Assembly: GCF_009834535.1 (NCBI RefSeq)
Contig: NC_045697.1
Span: 38,070,001 to 38,134,000 of the forward strand
Reading direction: 5' to 3'
Length of the DNA: 64,000 nt
Source of the DNA: Camelus ferus
Lineage: Eukaryota
Made by a program: the position numbers and the translations under genes. The notes under the pieces are model-generated. The model did no database searches. It was not told where the DNA came from and worked only from the letters and a program-made list of their open reading frames with translations. Below are positions 28,121-40,743 of the stretch, piece by piece. Every line of letters begins with the position of its first letter. Within the stretch, counting starts at the first letter, position 1.

Positions 28121-29271
28121 CCACTTTCTTTTTTTTCAATTGAATCTCAGAACTTCCAGCTGGAAAATTCTTTCAGCCTGAAGTACAACCTTGAGAATTC
28201 CCCCTAGCCTGCTAGGGCATTATTCTCTCAATTACATTAAGCATGTTTTTATTTTGCTCTTTTTGTAAAAATAAGTTTTCTGAGTATAGTTTTTTTTTTT
28301 TTTCTTTTAACACATTGATTATATTGTTTCATTACCTTTGGATACATTGTTGCTGTTGAGAACTCAGTTGTCAACCTCAGACTTTTGAAGATAATCTGTC
28401 TTTCCTTTGCCTGCATTTGAGATTTTCCTTGTAGTTTTCTGCAGTTTGGTTATAATGTGTTTAGTTGTGTATTTCTTTTTATTTGTCCTGTGTGAATTCC
28501 CTGGGCTTTTAGAAACTATAGAATAGTATCTTTTAATAGTTCTGGAAAATTCACAGCAACTCTCTTTTCAAATAATCCTTTACCCCTTTCTCTCTCAATT
28601 ATACATCTGAGATGACAACTTAAAATGCTATATATCTCATTTGTTATTTTTTCATATTTTCCATATTTATAGTCCAACCTATTTGATAAACTTACCTGCT
28701 GATATTTTTATTTCTTTTATTTTAGCTTTTCATTTTAAGAATTTTTATTTAGCTCTTTATCAACATTTTATATTGTGGTAAAATATAAATAATATAAAAT
28801 TTACCACTTGAACCATTTTTTAGTGTACAATTTAGGGGCATTAAGTACATTCACACTGTGCAACCATGACCAGAACTTTTCATCTCAAACTGGAATTCTG
28901 TACCTATTAAACAGCAGCTTCCCATCTTGAGCTGTCCCCTAGCCTTGGTAACCATTATTTTACTTTGTCTCTATGAATTGGATTGTTCTAGCTACCTCAT
29001 ATGAATGGAATCATACAATATTTGTCCATTTGTGACTAACTTATTTCACTTGGCATAAATGTTTTCAAAGATCATCCATGTTGAAACATGTTTCAGAATT
29101 TCCTTCTATTTTAAGCCTGACTAATATTTCACTCTAAGTATATACTACAATTAGTTTACCCATTCATCCACTGATGGACGTATGAGTTGTTTCCACTTTC
29201 TGTCTAATGTGAATAATGCTGCTATGAACATAGCTACACAAATACCCGTTTGAGTTTCTGCTTTCAGTTCT

Positions 29272-29305
29272 ACTCCTGATCTTAGCCAAAAGGCCGAGAA
29301 GCAAT
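29272..29305 (-). pseudogene. 3'-truncated U2 snRNA retropseudogene (U2 nt 1-34)
   Basis: Minus strand ATTGCTTCTCGGCCTTTTGGCTAAGATCAGGAGT vs U2 ATCGCTTCTCGGCCTTTTGGCTAAGATCAAGTGT (31/34). Flanked by the direct repeat ctgctttcagttct (29258-29271, 29306-29319). Confidence 0.93.
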
Positions 29306-29879
29306 CTGCTTTCAGTTCTTTTGAGTATATACCTAGAAGTGAAATTGCTGGACATATGATAATTCCATGTATAATTTTTTGAGGAATTGCCCTAATATTT
29401 TCCACAGCAATTTGCACCATTTAACATTCACATCAGCAATGTACAAAGGTTCCAATTTCTCCACAACCTCACCAACATTTGTCATTTTCTGTTTTTGATA
29501 ATAGTTATCCTAATGGGCTTACTATTCCATTGCAGTTTTGATTTACATTTCTCATTTATATAATGATTAATGATACTGAGCACATTTTTATGTGTTTAAT
29601 GGCCATCTGTATATCTTCTCTGAAGAGATGTCTATTCAAGTTCTTTGCCCATTAAATTTTTTTATTAAAAAATATTTTTCCATTATATCAATTTTTTAGA
29701 GTCATTTTAAGTTCACAAGCAAAATTGAGGGGTGTGATAACAAAGATCTCCCATATGCCCTTTGTCTCCACACATGCTAACCTCCTCCATTATCAACACT
29801 TCTCACCAAAGTGATATTTTTGTTTAAAGCAAAATTCCTCATTTAAAGCCAAAACAAAACAGCAACAAAATTTTTTTTA

Positions 29880-30593
29880 ATTTTAAGACTTTATTTTTTT
29901 AAGCAGTTTTAGGTTCACAATTTGAGTTAACAGCAAGGAGATTTCCAATACACCTCCTGCCCCGACACATGCACTGCCTCCCCCATTATCAACATCCCCC
30001 ACCAGAATATTTGTTACAATTGATGAACCTCTGTTGACACATCATAATCACTGAAAATCTAGAGTGTACATTATGGTTCACTTTTGCTGTATATTCTGTG
30101 GGTTTAGACAAATGTATAATGACATATATTCACCATTATGATATCATATAGAGTATTTTCACTGCTCTAAAATTCCTCTGTGGTCTGCATATTCATTTCT
30201 CTCCCCTACCAACCTGTGGTAACCCCTGATCTTTCTACTATCGCCAGTTTTGCCTTTTCCAGATTGTCATATAGTTGGGGGTCACATAGTATGTAGCCTT
30301 CTCAGATTGGCTTATTTCACTTAGCAATATGCATTTAATGTTTCTCTATGTCTTTCCATGGCTTGATAGTTCATTTCTTTTTAGCACTGAATACTATTCC
30401 ATTATCTGGATGTACCACAGTTTATTTATCCACTCACCTAGTGAAGGACACCTTGGTTGCTTCCAAGTTTGGCAATTCTGAATAAAGCTGCTGTAAACAT
30501 CTGTTTTTGGGTGAACGTAAGTTTTCAACTCCTTTGGATAAATACCAAGGAGCTTGATAGCTGGATCATATGGTAAGAGTATGTTTATTTTGC

Positions 30594-30625
<32 letters not shown>

Positions 30626-30826
30626 TGCCAAACTGTCTTTCAAAGTGGCTGTACCATTTTGTATTCTCACTAGCAATGAATGAGAGTTCCTATTTCTCCA
30701 GTCCACTCCAGCATTTGGTGTTATCAATGTTCCAGATTTTGGCCATTCTAATAGGTTTGTAGTGATTTCTTGTTTTAATTTGCATTTTCCAAATGACATA
30801 TCTGAAGTATCTTTTCATATGCTTAC
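29880..30826 (-). mobile_element. L1 3' end (L1MC-like), copy B, nested in an older L1
   Basis: Reverse-complement homolog of 13770-14660; interrupts the host L1 spanning about 28760-31780. Confidence 0.85.
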
Positions 30827-33800
30827 TTTTAATTAGTTGGTTTGTCTTTTGATGTTGAATTTTAGGAGTTGTTTATATATTATAAATATTAATCCTTTAT
30901 AATTATATGATTTGCAAATATTTTTTCCTGTTCTGTGGGTTGTCTTTTCACTCTTTTGATAGTGGCCTTTGATGCATAAATATTTTAAATTTTGATGAAG
31001 TCCAATTTATCTATTTTTTAAATTACCTTTGTTTTTGGTGTCATATCCAAGAAATAAATGTCAATTCAATGTCACAGCAATTTCTCCCTATGTTTTCTTT
31101 TAAGTGTTTTATAGTTTTAGTTCTTAAATCTAGGCCTTGGATGGCTTTTCAGTTAATTTTTGCTTGTAATGTAAGTTAGGAGTCCAACTTCATTCTTTTG
31201 CATATGGATATCCAGCTTTCCCAACACATTTTGTCAAGACTATTCTTTCACTTGAATGGTCTTGGCACTCTTGTTGAAAATCACTTAACTGTATATGTGA
31301 GGGCTACCTTCTGGGCTCTCTGTTCTATCCCATTGACTTGTATGTTTGTTTAATCTGCCACTACCAGACTGTTTTGACTACTGCAGCTTTGTAGTGTATT
31401 TTGAAATTAGAACATGTGGGTCCTCCACTTTGTTCATCTTTTTCAACACTGTTTTGACTATTTGGGGTCTCTTAAGATTTCATATGAATTTTAGGATGGG
31501 TTTTTCTATTTTTACAAAAAAAAAAAGTCATTGGGATTTTGATAGGGATTACACTGAATCTATAGATTGCTTTAGGAAGTGTTGACATCTTAACAATATT
31601 AAGTCTTCCAATCCATGGGCATGGGCTGCTTTTCTACTTATTTATGCCTAAATTTCTTTCATCAATGTTTTGTAGTTTTTGGTGTACAAGTCTTTTGTCT
31701 CCTTGGTTACACTTATTCCTAAATATTTTATTCTTTTTGATGCAATTATACACGGAATTATTTTTCTTAATTTTCTTGATTATTCATTGCAGTGTATACA
31801 AATGTCTTCATCAAATTTTTAAGGTCACTTTTTATAATTTCCTACTCCTTGAAGATAATTCCAATTTGGTTTTTTGTTTTTTAAACATAGTAAGCATAGG
31901 AGGTTTTATAACCTGTTTCTAGTCATTCAGATAATTGAAGTCTCTGCAAGTCTGTTTTTGTTGGTTGATGCTTATAGTGCCCTATTTCCTTGTGTGCTTG
32001 ATTCCTTTTGACTGACTTCTGCTTAATGTCCTTGAGAATGTATCTGCAAGAATTCTTTGAGAACTAAAATAAAGACGTATTCCTCCACAGAAGATTCATT
32101 ATTTCTTCCAAGCACTTATGAGCACTACAATATATAACTAACTTGTAACAAATTTGCAGTTTGAAGTTTGTTGAACCACTCAGACAACATGCCTTAGGTT
32201 CAATCTATGTGAACATTGTCTGATCCATAACTTCTTTGGGATAGGTTTTATTTCTTTCTTTTTTTTTCCTCCCCTGCTAAGCGTCAAGACAACTTTCCCT
32301 GAATTTCCTTAGACATGAGTTTTTATCTCTGGCTCATACTCTTATTAGTCTCCCATACTTTGATGAATCACACCTTTTGGTTCCTCCTCACCCTGTGATT
32401 ATACCCAGGACCAAAATGCAAATTGCTATGATACCCTTGGGGTAAAAGTGGAGTTAAAGCTCTGGAAATCCATTCACCTAACTGTCTACTTTCCCTTTGA
32501 TTTTGGTCTCGTAGTTTACTATTATGTTACCTTGGATGTGCTTAAAGAGGTATGTTTTACATTCTAGCCAAAATTTTTACTTCTACTCAGTAGAAGAGTT
32601 GGTCCAAATAATCTAGCCCACGATCATCAAAATATCCAGCAATTGCCTTAAAAAAAAAAAATCATCCCTGAACTTCACATCCCTTACCATCCTCTCTTTT
32701 CTCCTTCCTACTCAAATTTCTTAAAGTAATTGTCTGTATATGCTGTAATCACTTCTACCTCGTTCATTCTTCAAACTGCTCAAAAAGTTGACTTCTATCT
32801 CTAGCATTCCTTTTGAAATTGTTCTAAAGTCACCTAAGAGCTCCATGTTGTTATTTTCAGTGGATAGTCATTGTATTTGATCCCTTAAGCAGAACTGGGG
32901 AGAATTTGTCATTCTTTTCTTGTTGAAACACTTTCTTGATATTCATGACATCACAATACTTATGGTTTTATTCATACCTCTCTAGCTGCTATTCCTTAAC
33001 TGATCTAGGAGTTAGTTGCAATAGGATTTAATAGTAAATGCTCTATATTCTGTTTTTCCCTTTGCTTTTAGAAATCATCTATGAAATTGTAAAAACAGAA
33101 ATAGGCACCATAATCTATTTGATAAAAGTATTATGGCATTTATCATAACATAAATAGTTAAATCTGACCCCCTCTTACTCCCCCATAGTAAGCTCTTTTA
33201 GAACAAGTCCATAACTACACATAAGCACCAAATAACTGGCTGTTGAATCAATCAATCAATGAACAAAGATTAACATGCTGTTGCCTTCACTCTCAATTAC
33301 ACTTCAGGCTATTTCTTGAAGAGCAGATGCGAGATCAGGACAAATCTGCAATGTTTTTACATAGTGAATAAAACGTACTTGCTAGGAACCTATTATTAAC
33401 ACAAAAGGAATATGCATAAAAATTATACGTAATTTATGTTGAAAACATGTTAATAAGTTATACAGCATACACAATTACCAAAACTAAATATGTAAAACAA
33501 GAAAAATAAAGGTTTTAATTTGGGGGAGCAGGTGGGAAGCTGTGTCTGAAGTCAGAAGTAGATAATTATACTCCGATAAAAAATGAAAGCACAGGCTTCT
33601 AGTTAGTAAGGCAGCTTTAGACAGAGGAACAGCCTTCTTAGGAATTACTGGAAGTCTGAGTTTTGTGATCACATCGGAGAAACCCCAGGGACTGCTGGTC
33701 TTTATCAAGACAGAGGCAAATATGAGGCAAATCTGATCTTTTGTTTCATGTGGTGGGGCAGGATACTTAAATTGAATTACACTTGGGCTAAAGTTACTGG

Positions 33801-33959
33801 TCTATTTCTTAAGTCAGAAATAGTGCTGCAGTTAAGATTTCCAGGATTCAGGTGTGAGATGCAATTGGAAAGCTTCCTCCAGCGACAAACCCAAGTCTTA
33901 ATCAAAACACTCATTTGGAAAAATGGCGTTCTCCTAGGGTTAATTTGAATTTCTAGCAA

Positions 33960-34500
33960 ATCGTGACAGAGACGCACGAAAAGTTTAGCTCTCACAAAAA
34001 ACAAACGTTAGAACCTAGCCCCCGTAGTCCTCCCTCCCGACAGTGCTCAGCTTCATGCCCAGCCGGGGCCCAGCTGAGATGCCCCAAGGCAGCCGCGACT
34101 CCCACCTGCATGGTGTTCCGCCTCGCTTCTCACGCACAGGCGTCGTCCTAGCCCTGGCGGGGACTCCTGACTCGGATGCCCCTCAAGGCGGCAAGGGAGC
34201 CCGCCGCGCTCCTAGCGGTTCCCGCCGCCCATCGAGAGGGGCAGGGGAGAACAAGAGCCTCTCACGCGGTGCGCTTGGCGCCGCTCTGTTGCCAGGCAAC
34301 GCGGGGGCGTGGCCCAGGAGGTGGCTGTGGGTACTGACGCACTTGGTCTTGGGCATTTACCCCAAGCGGTGCCTCTCCTGTTCGGGGTGTTGATACTGGT
34401 GCTGGTCACGTTCAGAACCAGCAAGGCTCAGAGCCAGACTCCAACCTGGAAGATTTCTACTAGGCCCCTGCTCTCCCAGGGGCCGAGGGCGGCGGGCGGC
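33960..34500 (-). promoter_or_regulatory. CpG-rich PDCL2 promoter / first-exon region
   Basis: Only CpG-dense stretch in the window. Contains X-box palindrome GTTGCCAGGCAAC (34288-34300), TTCCCGCC E2F-type site (34219-34226), GC box GGGGCGTGGC (34304-34313) and TGACG half-CRE (34335-34339). Confidence 0.8.
34106..34111 (-). CDS. PDCL2: PDCL2 coding exon 1 (MQ)
   Basis: Minus strand reads caccATGCAG|gtggga: Kozak-like ATG, phase-0 donor, inside a CpG-rich region. Joins exon 2 to give MQDPNEDTEW, the PDCL2/PDCL3-type N-terminus. Confidence 0.9.
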
Positions 34501-34565
34501 ATAGGGGGTATAGCCTCTGTTGTTAAGCACATTTGGTGTTGCAGTCTGCGTGAGTTTTGGGTCAG

Positions 34566-34611
34566 GTGTGTGTGTCTGTGTGTGTCTGTGTGTGGGTCTG
34601 TGTGTGTGTGT
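34566..34611. repeat. Imperfect (GT)n microsatellite upstream of PDCL2
   Basis: gtgtgtgtgtctgtgtgtgtctgtgtgtgggtctgtgtgtgtgtgt. Confidence 0.9.
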
Positions 34612-37019
34612 TTAAGGACCAGATTCTCAAATGGCTCTCCACCCCCATCTTAAAAACCCTCTGCCTTAGGAGGCAGGAGCTCTATCTTTACGTAAAAAAC
34701 CTAGACAGTTAGGTTCCTTGGTGTTTACAGTAAGGAAAGGATGTTTACTGGGAGCTGCCAGAAACATGAGGAAAACATCTAGTGTTATTGCCAAATAGTT
34801 ATATGTGTGGTCATAGAGATATAATAGGATTTGGAAAAGAAGGGGAAAACATGTTTTTAGGGATCCAATTTTAAACTTGGGCTCAGCATTGGACCATTCC
34901 ATCTGTAGTGCTCGGTTAATACAAATCCTACACTCCCAATAGCCTATATGTTTTGTTGTACTTGTGTGATATGAATGTGTTAAAACATAAACTATTTTAA
35001 AACATCCCACCATTTTTATAATCTTGTTTTGGTATATTTTCTTCTCTTCCTCCTCCCCCTTCCGCTTCCCCTCCTCCTCCTCCTTCCATTTAATATTATG
35101 GGAGCCCCCAAAATATAAGGGGCCTAAGTCTCTCCAGATTTCTGAGAGGCCCTTGGAATTGCTGCTTAAATTAGCAGTGAAGCCCCTTTCTTATTCTGAC
35201 AATCCAAAATCCAGGCCGGTTCCATTACACACCACTAGCTAATGTTTTCGTTGCCCTATTATGCACTTATGGCTTTAGAGCAGAAGGCCCTTTCTGTCTC
35301 AAGTCCCCATCTCATCAATGTAATATTCATTTTTTAAGGGGGGCAAATAATATTTTATTTCTTTCCAATTGAATAAATAGTTCATACTTATCATAAAACA
35401 TTTAAATAATATACCAAAGTCCATGAAGCAAGTAAAAATTGCCTGGAGTCCCATCATCCCCCTTTATACACACAGCAGACATCATGCCTGTGAGCCAACT
35501 CTGGTGTTGAATTTCAGCTTTACCACTTACTGGGCTTGCCTGAATAATTACTTAATTCTCTGTTCCTCGGTTTTCCCATCTATAGAGTGGGGATAATAAA
35601 AGAACATGTATCAGGTAGTTGTCAGGGGATTAGATGAATTAATATTTATAAAACACTTAAAATCATGACTGGTGCATGATAGGCATTATGTAAATATGTA
35701 CTGAATCTTGAAAAAATACAATATGTACTGAATCTTAAAAAAATACATTTGTGCTCCCCCTGCCCATCCCCACGCCCTACCCAATATTAGCCAATATTAG
35801 GATCTGCTGTGGATCCTTCATGCTTTTTCTCTCTGGCCCAGAAATCATGTATGGTTGTTAGTAACTGCATGCTTTATAAAAATGCATTCATATGACACAC
35901 ATTCTCTCTGGAACATGACTTTTTTTTCCACGTACAATACCAAGATGGTGGAATCTGCTCTGCCAACTTAATTTGTATCAACAAATGACTACATAATAAT
36001 TCCGTGGCAAAGATGTAAATCCTTTTATATAACCATTCCCTTATTCATGGCCATTTTCTTTGCTGGAAATTTCTGAGCATTAAAACATTACATTGGAAAA
36101 GCCGGGGAGAGGCCAATCTGATTAATTATACTTCCAAACTTGAGGAAGCTTTGGGGGCTGAGCTATGGATTCAATGCATATGGCAAGAGCTTCATTTTGA
36201 GTTAATTCATTTTTTTAAAAAGGGTGTACTTTTTGTTCTCTTCTGCTCCTTCTTATGTTCTTCACATGGGTTGACAAGAATTGAAATTCAGGGATTTTGT
36301 TAGTAAAAGGCATAATTTAAGCTATAGTTAGTGGTCAATGTTAGTAAGACAAAGGCTTATTAGATACTCTACTCTGAAGAATATAAACCTAATGCTACCC
36401 ACACGGAGAGCCGCCCTTCTTTAATCAGCCAGCAACCTGCTTGGTAGAGAAGGTGGTTATCCAAGAGATAGGGTTGCAAGGGAAAACTCAGGGGAACCTG
36501 AAGGGAGATAATTTCAACATCTATCTGAGGTTCACTGTGTCCATTAAACATAGTTTGATGTAAAAAGTTCACCCACTGTGTTCATGATCCCCTACGAGTA
36601 AGGTTTTCTTTCTGGTAATGGACAAGGCTGGTTGCCTTTCAGATGCTGCAGGATGAAACAACTTATTTTAAGATAAACTGAATACTACTACTTGGTAGAA
36701 AAAGCTGGTCTCATGATTTGTTTGTAGCAGTCAGACATCTATTTTACAGTATGTAAATCAGAACTTGCTTATTGGACTTTTGGATGAATCATGGCCAAAT
36801 CCTCCAACTAGTATAGTTTTAGTTAGTATTCACATTCTAAGATTACAGCTATTGGGCATTCTGGTATTTTATAAGAGCTGGTGATTTTGTCACTGATGAA
36901 ATCTAAATAAGATAAACTAAAATATCTCATTAAAACTCAACTCTCTACTAAGCGCCTTTAATAAAAATAACAAAAGAGCATTGTATATGAGTTCCATCAG
37001 AAGCTTCAGGGATCTAAGG

Positions 37020-37262
37020 AACATTATTATTTACAGATTTATTACACACTATTTATCATTACAGCACTAAGAAAAAATATTTTAAGATGCTTTTTTAAAT
37101 TTTCAACAAATTAAACATTTACAATCTCAGCGTTTACGGAGAATGTTTACAACACAGGGATTCTCAAATCTGTAAACTTAGCAAGGATAGTTTTTGAGAA
37201 GAAAAAAATGTCAGTACATTTTGTATTCCATGGCATTGCTTCTGCAGAAAATAGTTGTCATC
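37020..37262 (-). other. NMU: NMU exon 10 (non-coding 3' UTR) with AATAAA at 37038-37043
   Basis: Pyrimidine tract plus aacag|GATG acceptor; sequence resembles the NMU 3' UTR as I recall it (GCAATGCCATGGAATACAAAATGTACTGACA). The 3' end is approximate. Confidence 0.8.
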
Positions 37263-38431
37263 CTGTTAAAAAAAAAAACAATTTAGATTCAAATATAAAT
37301 GGTATGTGAATGTATCTATGTAACAAGTATAAATATAATCTATATATAATTCCTTGTAGATAGACATTTCTATAAATACTTTGTCACGTATGATAAAATT
37401 GACATCTGAGGTATTTCTCAGCTATTCTTCAATCTGCATATTTTTAACTGTCATTTAATCTCTCCCTGATGAAGCACTTTTTCTGTATGCCTATATTTTC
37501 CAAAGTTTTATTTTATTTAACTACATAAAAGAGGTTTCCTAAAGCTCATTGATACCAATAAGATTTATGAATAAAATGTTGCAGTTATTCTTTGGGTATC
37601 TGCAATTAAATCATCCTATTCTACATCCAAACACATTCTAAATGTAAGTTATAAGGACAGAGTAAGACCTCAGATAATCAGGTGAGCAAAACAAAGAAAA
37701 ATGATTATTGAACTATTTCTCTATTGACAAAATAAAATTGAAATCTTCAGTGAATTAGCACATGTGGGCCCTAATGTTGGAAACAACCCAAATAAAGCTC
37801 TTTTTCACAATTTCAGAGTTTTTTTTACTAACTTGATCAAATCGTGGATTATTTTCCACTTCACATTTATGACCACTCTAACACTTAATTTGGTATTATA
37901 ATCATGACATTTTTACCATTTAGTATTAAATTGTTTTTGTTCACATTTTGTAAATGCCTCTACATTTGTAATATTATAAAAGATAGTTTCTTTTCCATCA
38001 ACTTTTATTCTTAGTTCCTTGAAAAAAGAACAAATTAGGAATATGTTTGCTCATGTTCTTAATGTGAACATAATATGCCTTTGTCAAAACGTTAGTTAAT
38101 ACTAAATATAATTTGAAAATTCAAGTTCCTAATTATGCCCTATGAGCACATTAAATTTGTTCTTCAGTTTTCCAATATTAATAACTTTTATTTCTTTCTC
38201 ATCTAACTGAATTGGTTAATGCATTAGAACTACATGAAATAAAAGGGGACAGAGCATCCTTGTTTTGTTTCTAATGTTAATAGAAATGCTCCAAAATGTT
38301 TTACTATCAAGCCTTCTACTGACTTTGTTTGAGACCATTAAAGAAATACTATTATTAAAGATTCATCTCTTTCTATAGGATCTTCTTTGAAAATATCAGA
38401 AATTTATGTGGAACTTTACCAAAAGCTTCTA

Positions 38432-40743
38432 CAGGCATTCCTCAGATATTGCAGCTTCAGTCCCAGAAAATTTTGCAATAAAGCAAGTCACACAAACTTT
38501 TTGGTCTCCTGGTGCATATAAAAGTTACGTATATACTATACAATAGTTTATTAAGTGTGTAATAGCATTTTGTCTAAAAAAAACTAATGTACATACCTTA
38601 ATTAAAAAACACTGTCTTACTAAAAATTGCTGACCAACATCTGAACCCTTGCTGAGTCATAAGCTGTTTGCTGGTGAGGGTCTTGCCTCAATGTTGATGA
38701 ATGCTTGAGGGATCAGGGTGTTAGTTGCTGAAGGCTGGGGTGGCTGTGGCAATTTCTTAAAATGAGATAACAATGAATTTTGCTGCATCATTTGACTCTT
38801 CCTTTCAGGAACAATTTCTCTGTAGCATGCAATGCTGTTTAATGGTATTTTACTCACAGTGGAACTTCTTTCAAAATTAGAGTCAGTCCTCTCAAACTCT
38901 GTCACTGCTTTATCAACTAAGTTTTGTAATATTCTAAATCCTTGTCATTAAAATTGTCATTTCAATAATCTTCACAGCATCTTCACCGGGAGTAGATTCC
39001 ATCTCAAGAAACCACTTTCTCCACTCAGCCTTAAGAAGCAACTCCTCATCCGTTAAAGATTTAGCATAAGATTGCAGCAGTTCAGTCACATCTTCAGGCT
39101 CCACTTCTAATTCTAATTCTCTTGCTATTTCCACCACATCTGCAGTTACTTCCTCCACTGAAGCCTTGAATCCCTCAGTCAACCATGAGGGTTGGAATCA
39201 GCTTCTTCCAAATTCCCATTAATAGTTTGACTTTTCCCCATGAATCATAAATGTTCTTAATGGTGTCTAGAAAGATGAATCCTTTCCAGCAGATTTTCAA
39301 TTTACTTTGTCCAGATTCCCCAGAGGAATCACTGTTTATGGCAGCTATCACCTTACAAAATGTATTTCTTAATTAATAAAAACTTGAAAGTCCAAAGTAT
39401 TCCTTGATCCATGGGGCGCTGCATTAACATCTCCATCAGATCCCTTAGGTGACCAGGTACACTGTCAATTAGCAGTAATATTTTGAAAGGAATCTTTTTT
39501 TCTGAGCAGAAAGTCTCAACACTGGGCTTAAAATAGTCAGTAAACCATGTTTCATAAGATGTGCTGCCATCCAGACTCTGTTGCTTCATTTACAGAGAAC
39601 AGGCAGAATAGATTCAACATAATCTTAAGGGCCTTAGGATCTTCAAGATGGTAAATAAGCACTGCCTTCCTCTTACAGTCACCAGCCACACTAGCTCCTA
39701 AAAAGAGAGTCAGCTTGTTCTTTGAAGCTATGAAGCTTCTCTCTAGCTTTGAAAGTCCTAGATGGCATCTTCTTCCAGTAGAAAGTTGTTTTGTCCGCAT
39801 CAAAAATCTGTTGTTTAGTGTAGCCACCTTCATGAACGATCTGAGCTAGATCTCCTGGATAACTTGCTGCAGTTTCTGCCATCAGCACTTGCTGCTTCAA
39901 CTTGAAGAGAAGCTGCTTTCCTTAAACCTCATGAACCAACCTCTGCTAGCTTCAGACTTTTCTTCTGCAGCTTCCTCACCTCTCAGCCTTCAGAGAACTG
40001 AAAAGGGTTATGACCTTGCTCTGGATTAGGGTCTGGTTCAAGGGAATGGTGTAGCTGGTTTGATCTTCCGTCCCGACCGCGAAACTTTCTTCATATGAGC
40101 AATAAGGCTAATTTGCTTTCTTATCATTCATGTGTTCGCTGGAGTAGCACTTTTAATTTCTTTCAAGAAATTTTCCTTTGCATTCACAACTTGGATAACT
40201 AGCTCAAGAGGCCTGGCCTTCGGCCTGTCTCGGCTTTTGACATGCCTGCCTCACTAACCTTAATCATTTCTAGCTTTTGATTTAAAATGAGAGACATGCA
40301 ACTCTTCCTTTCACTTTAGACCTTAGAGGCCACTGCAGGGTTATTAATTTGGCCTAATTTAAATATTGTTGTGTGTCAGGTAATAGGGAGGCCCAAGGGG
40401 AGGGGGAGAGATGGAGGAATGGATGAGGACTGCAGCAGGCAGAACACACACAACATTTATCAAGTTTGTCGTCTTACATGGGCGTGGATTATGGCGACCC
40501 CAGACAATTACAATTGTAACATCAAAGATCACAGATCACAGATCATAACAAATAGAATGATAATGAAAGTGTGAAATACTGCAAGAATTACCAAAATGTG
40601 ACATAAGACATGAAGTGAGCAAATGCTGTTGAAAAAATGGTGCTGATAGACTTGCTCAACACAGGCCACAAAACTACAAATTGTAAAAAACATTGTATCT
40701 GGAGTGCGATAAAGCAAAGTGCAATAAAACAGAGGAATGCCTG
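38432..40743 (-). mobile_element. Near full-length Tigger1-type (pogo/Tc1-mariner) DNA transposon, transposase decayed
   Basis: TIRs CAGGCATTCCTC at both ends, TA target duplications (38430-31, 40744-45). Frameshifted transposase fragments in ORFs 38657..39900. Confidence 0.92.

Larger units (their letters stand above)
28760..31780 (-). mobile_element. Old L1 (L1MB-like) hosting nested insertions
   Basis: Antisense L1 3' UTR/ORF2 motifs continue on both sides of the 29655-30830 insert and the U2 fragment. Confidence 0.8.

Noticed and set aside
33963..34653. Overlapping ORFs in the GC-rich region
   Set aside because: Expected stop-codon depletion in a CpG-rich promoter and GT repeat.
38657..39900. 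Domesticated TIGD-like transposase gene
   Set aside because: Split across several frames by stops and frameshifts, with TIRs retained: an ordinary fossil.
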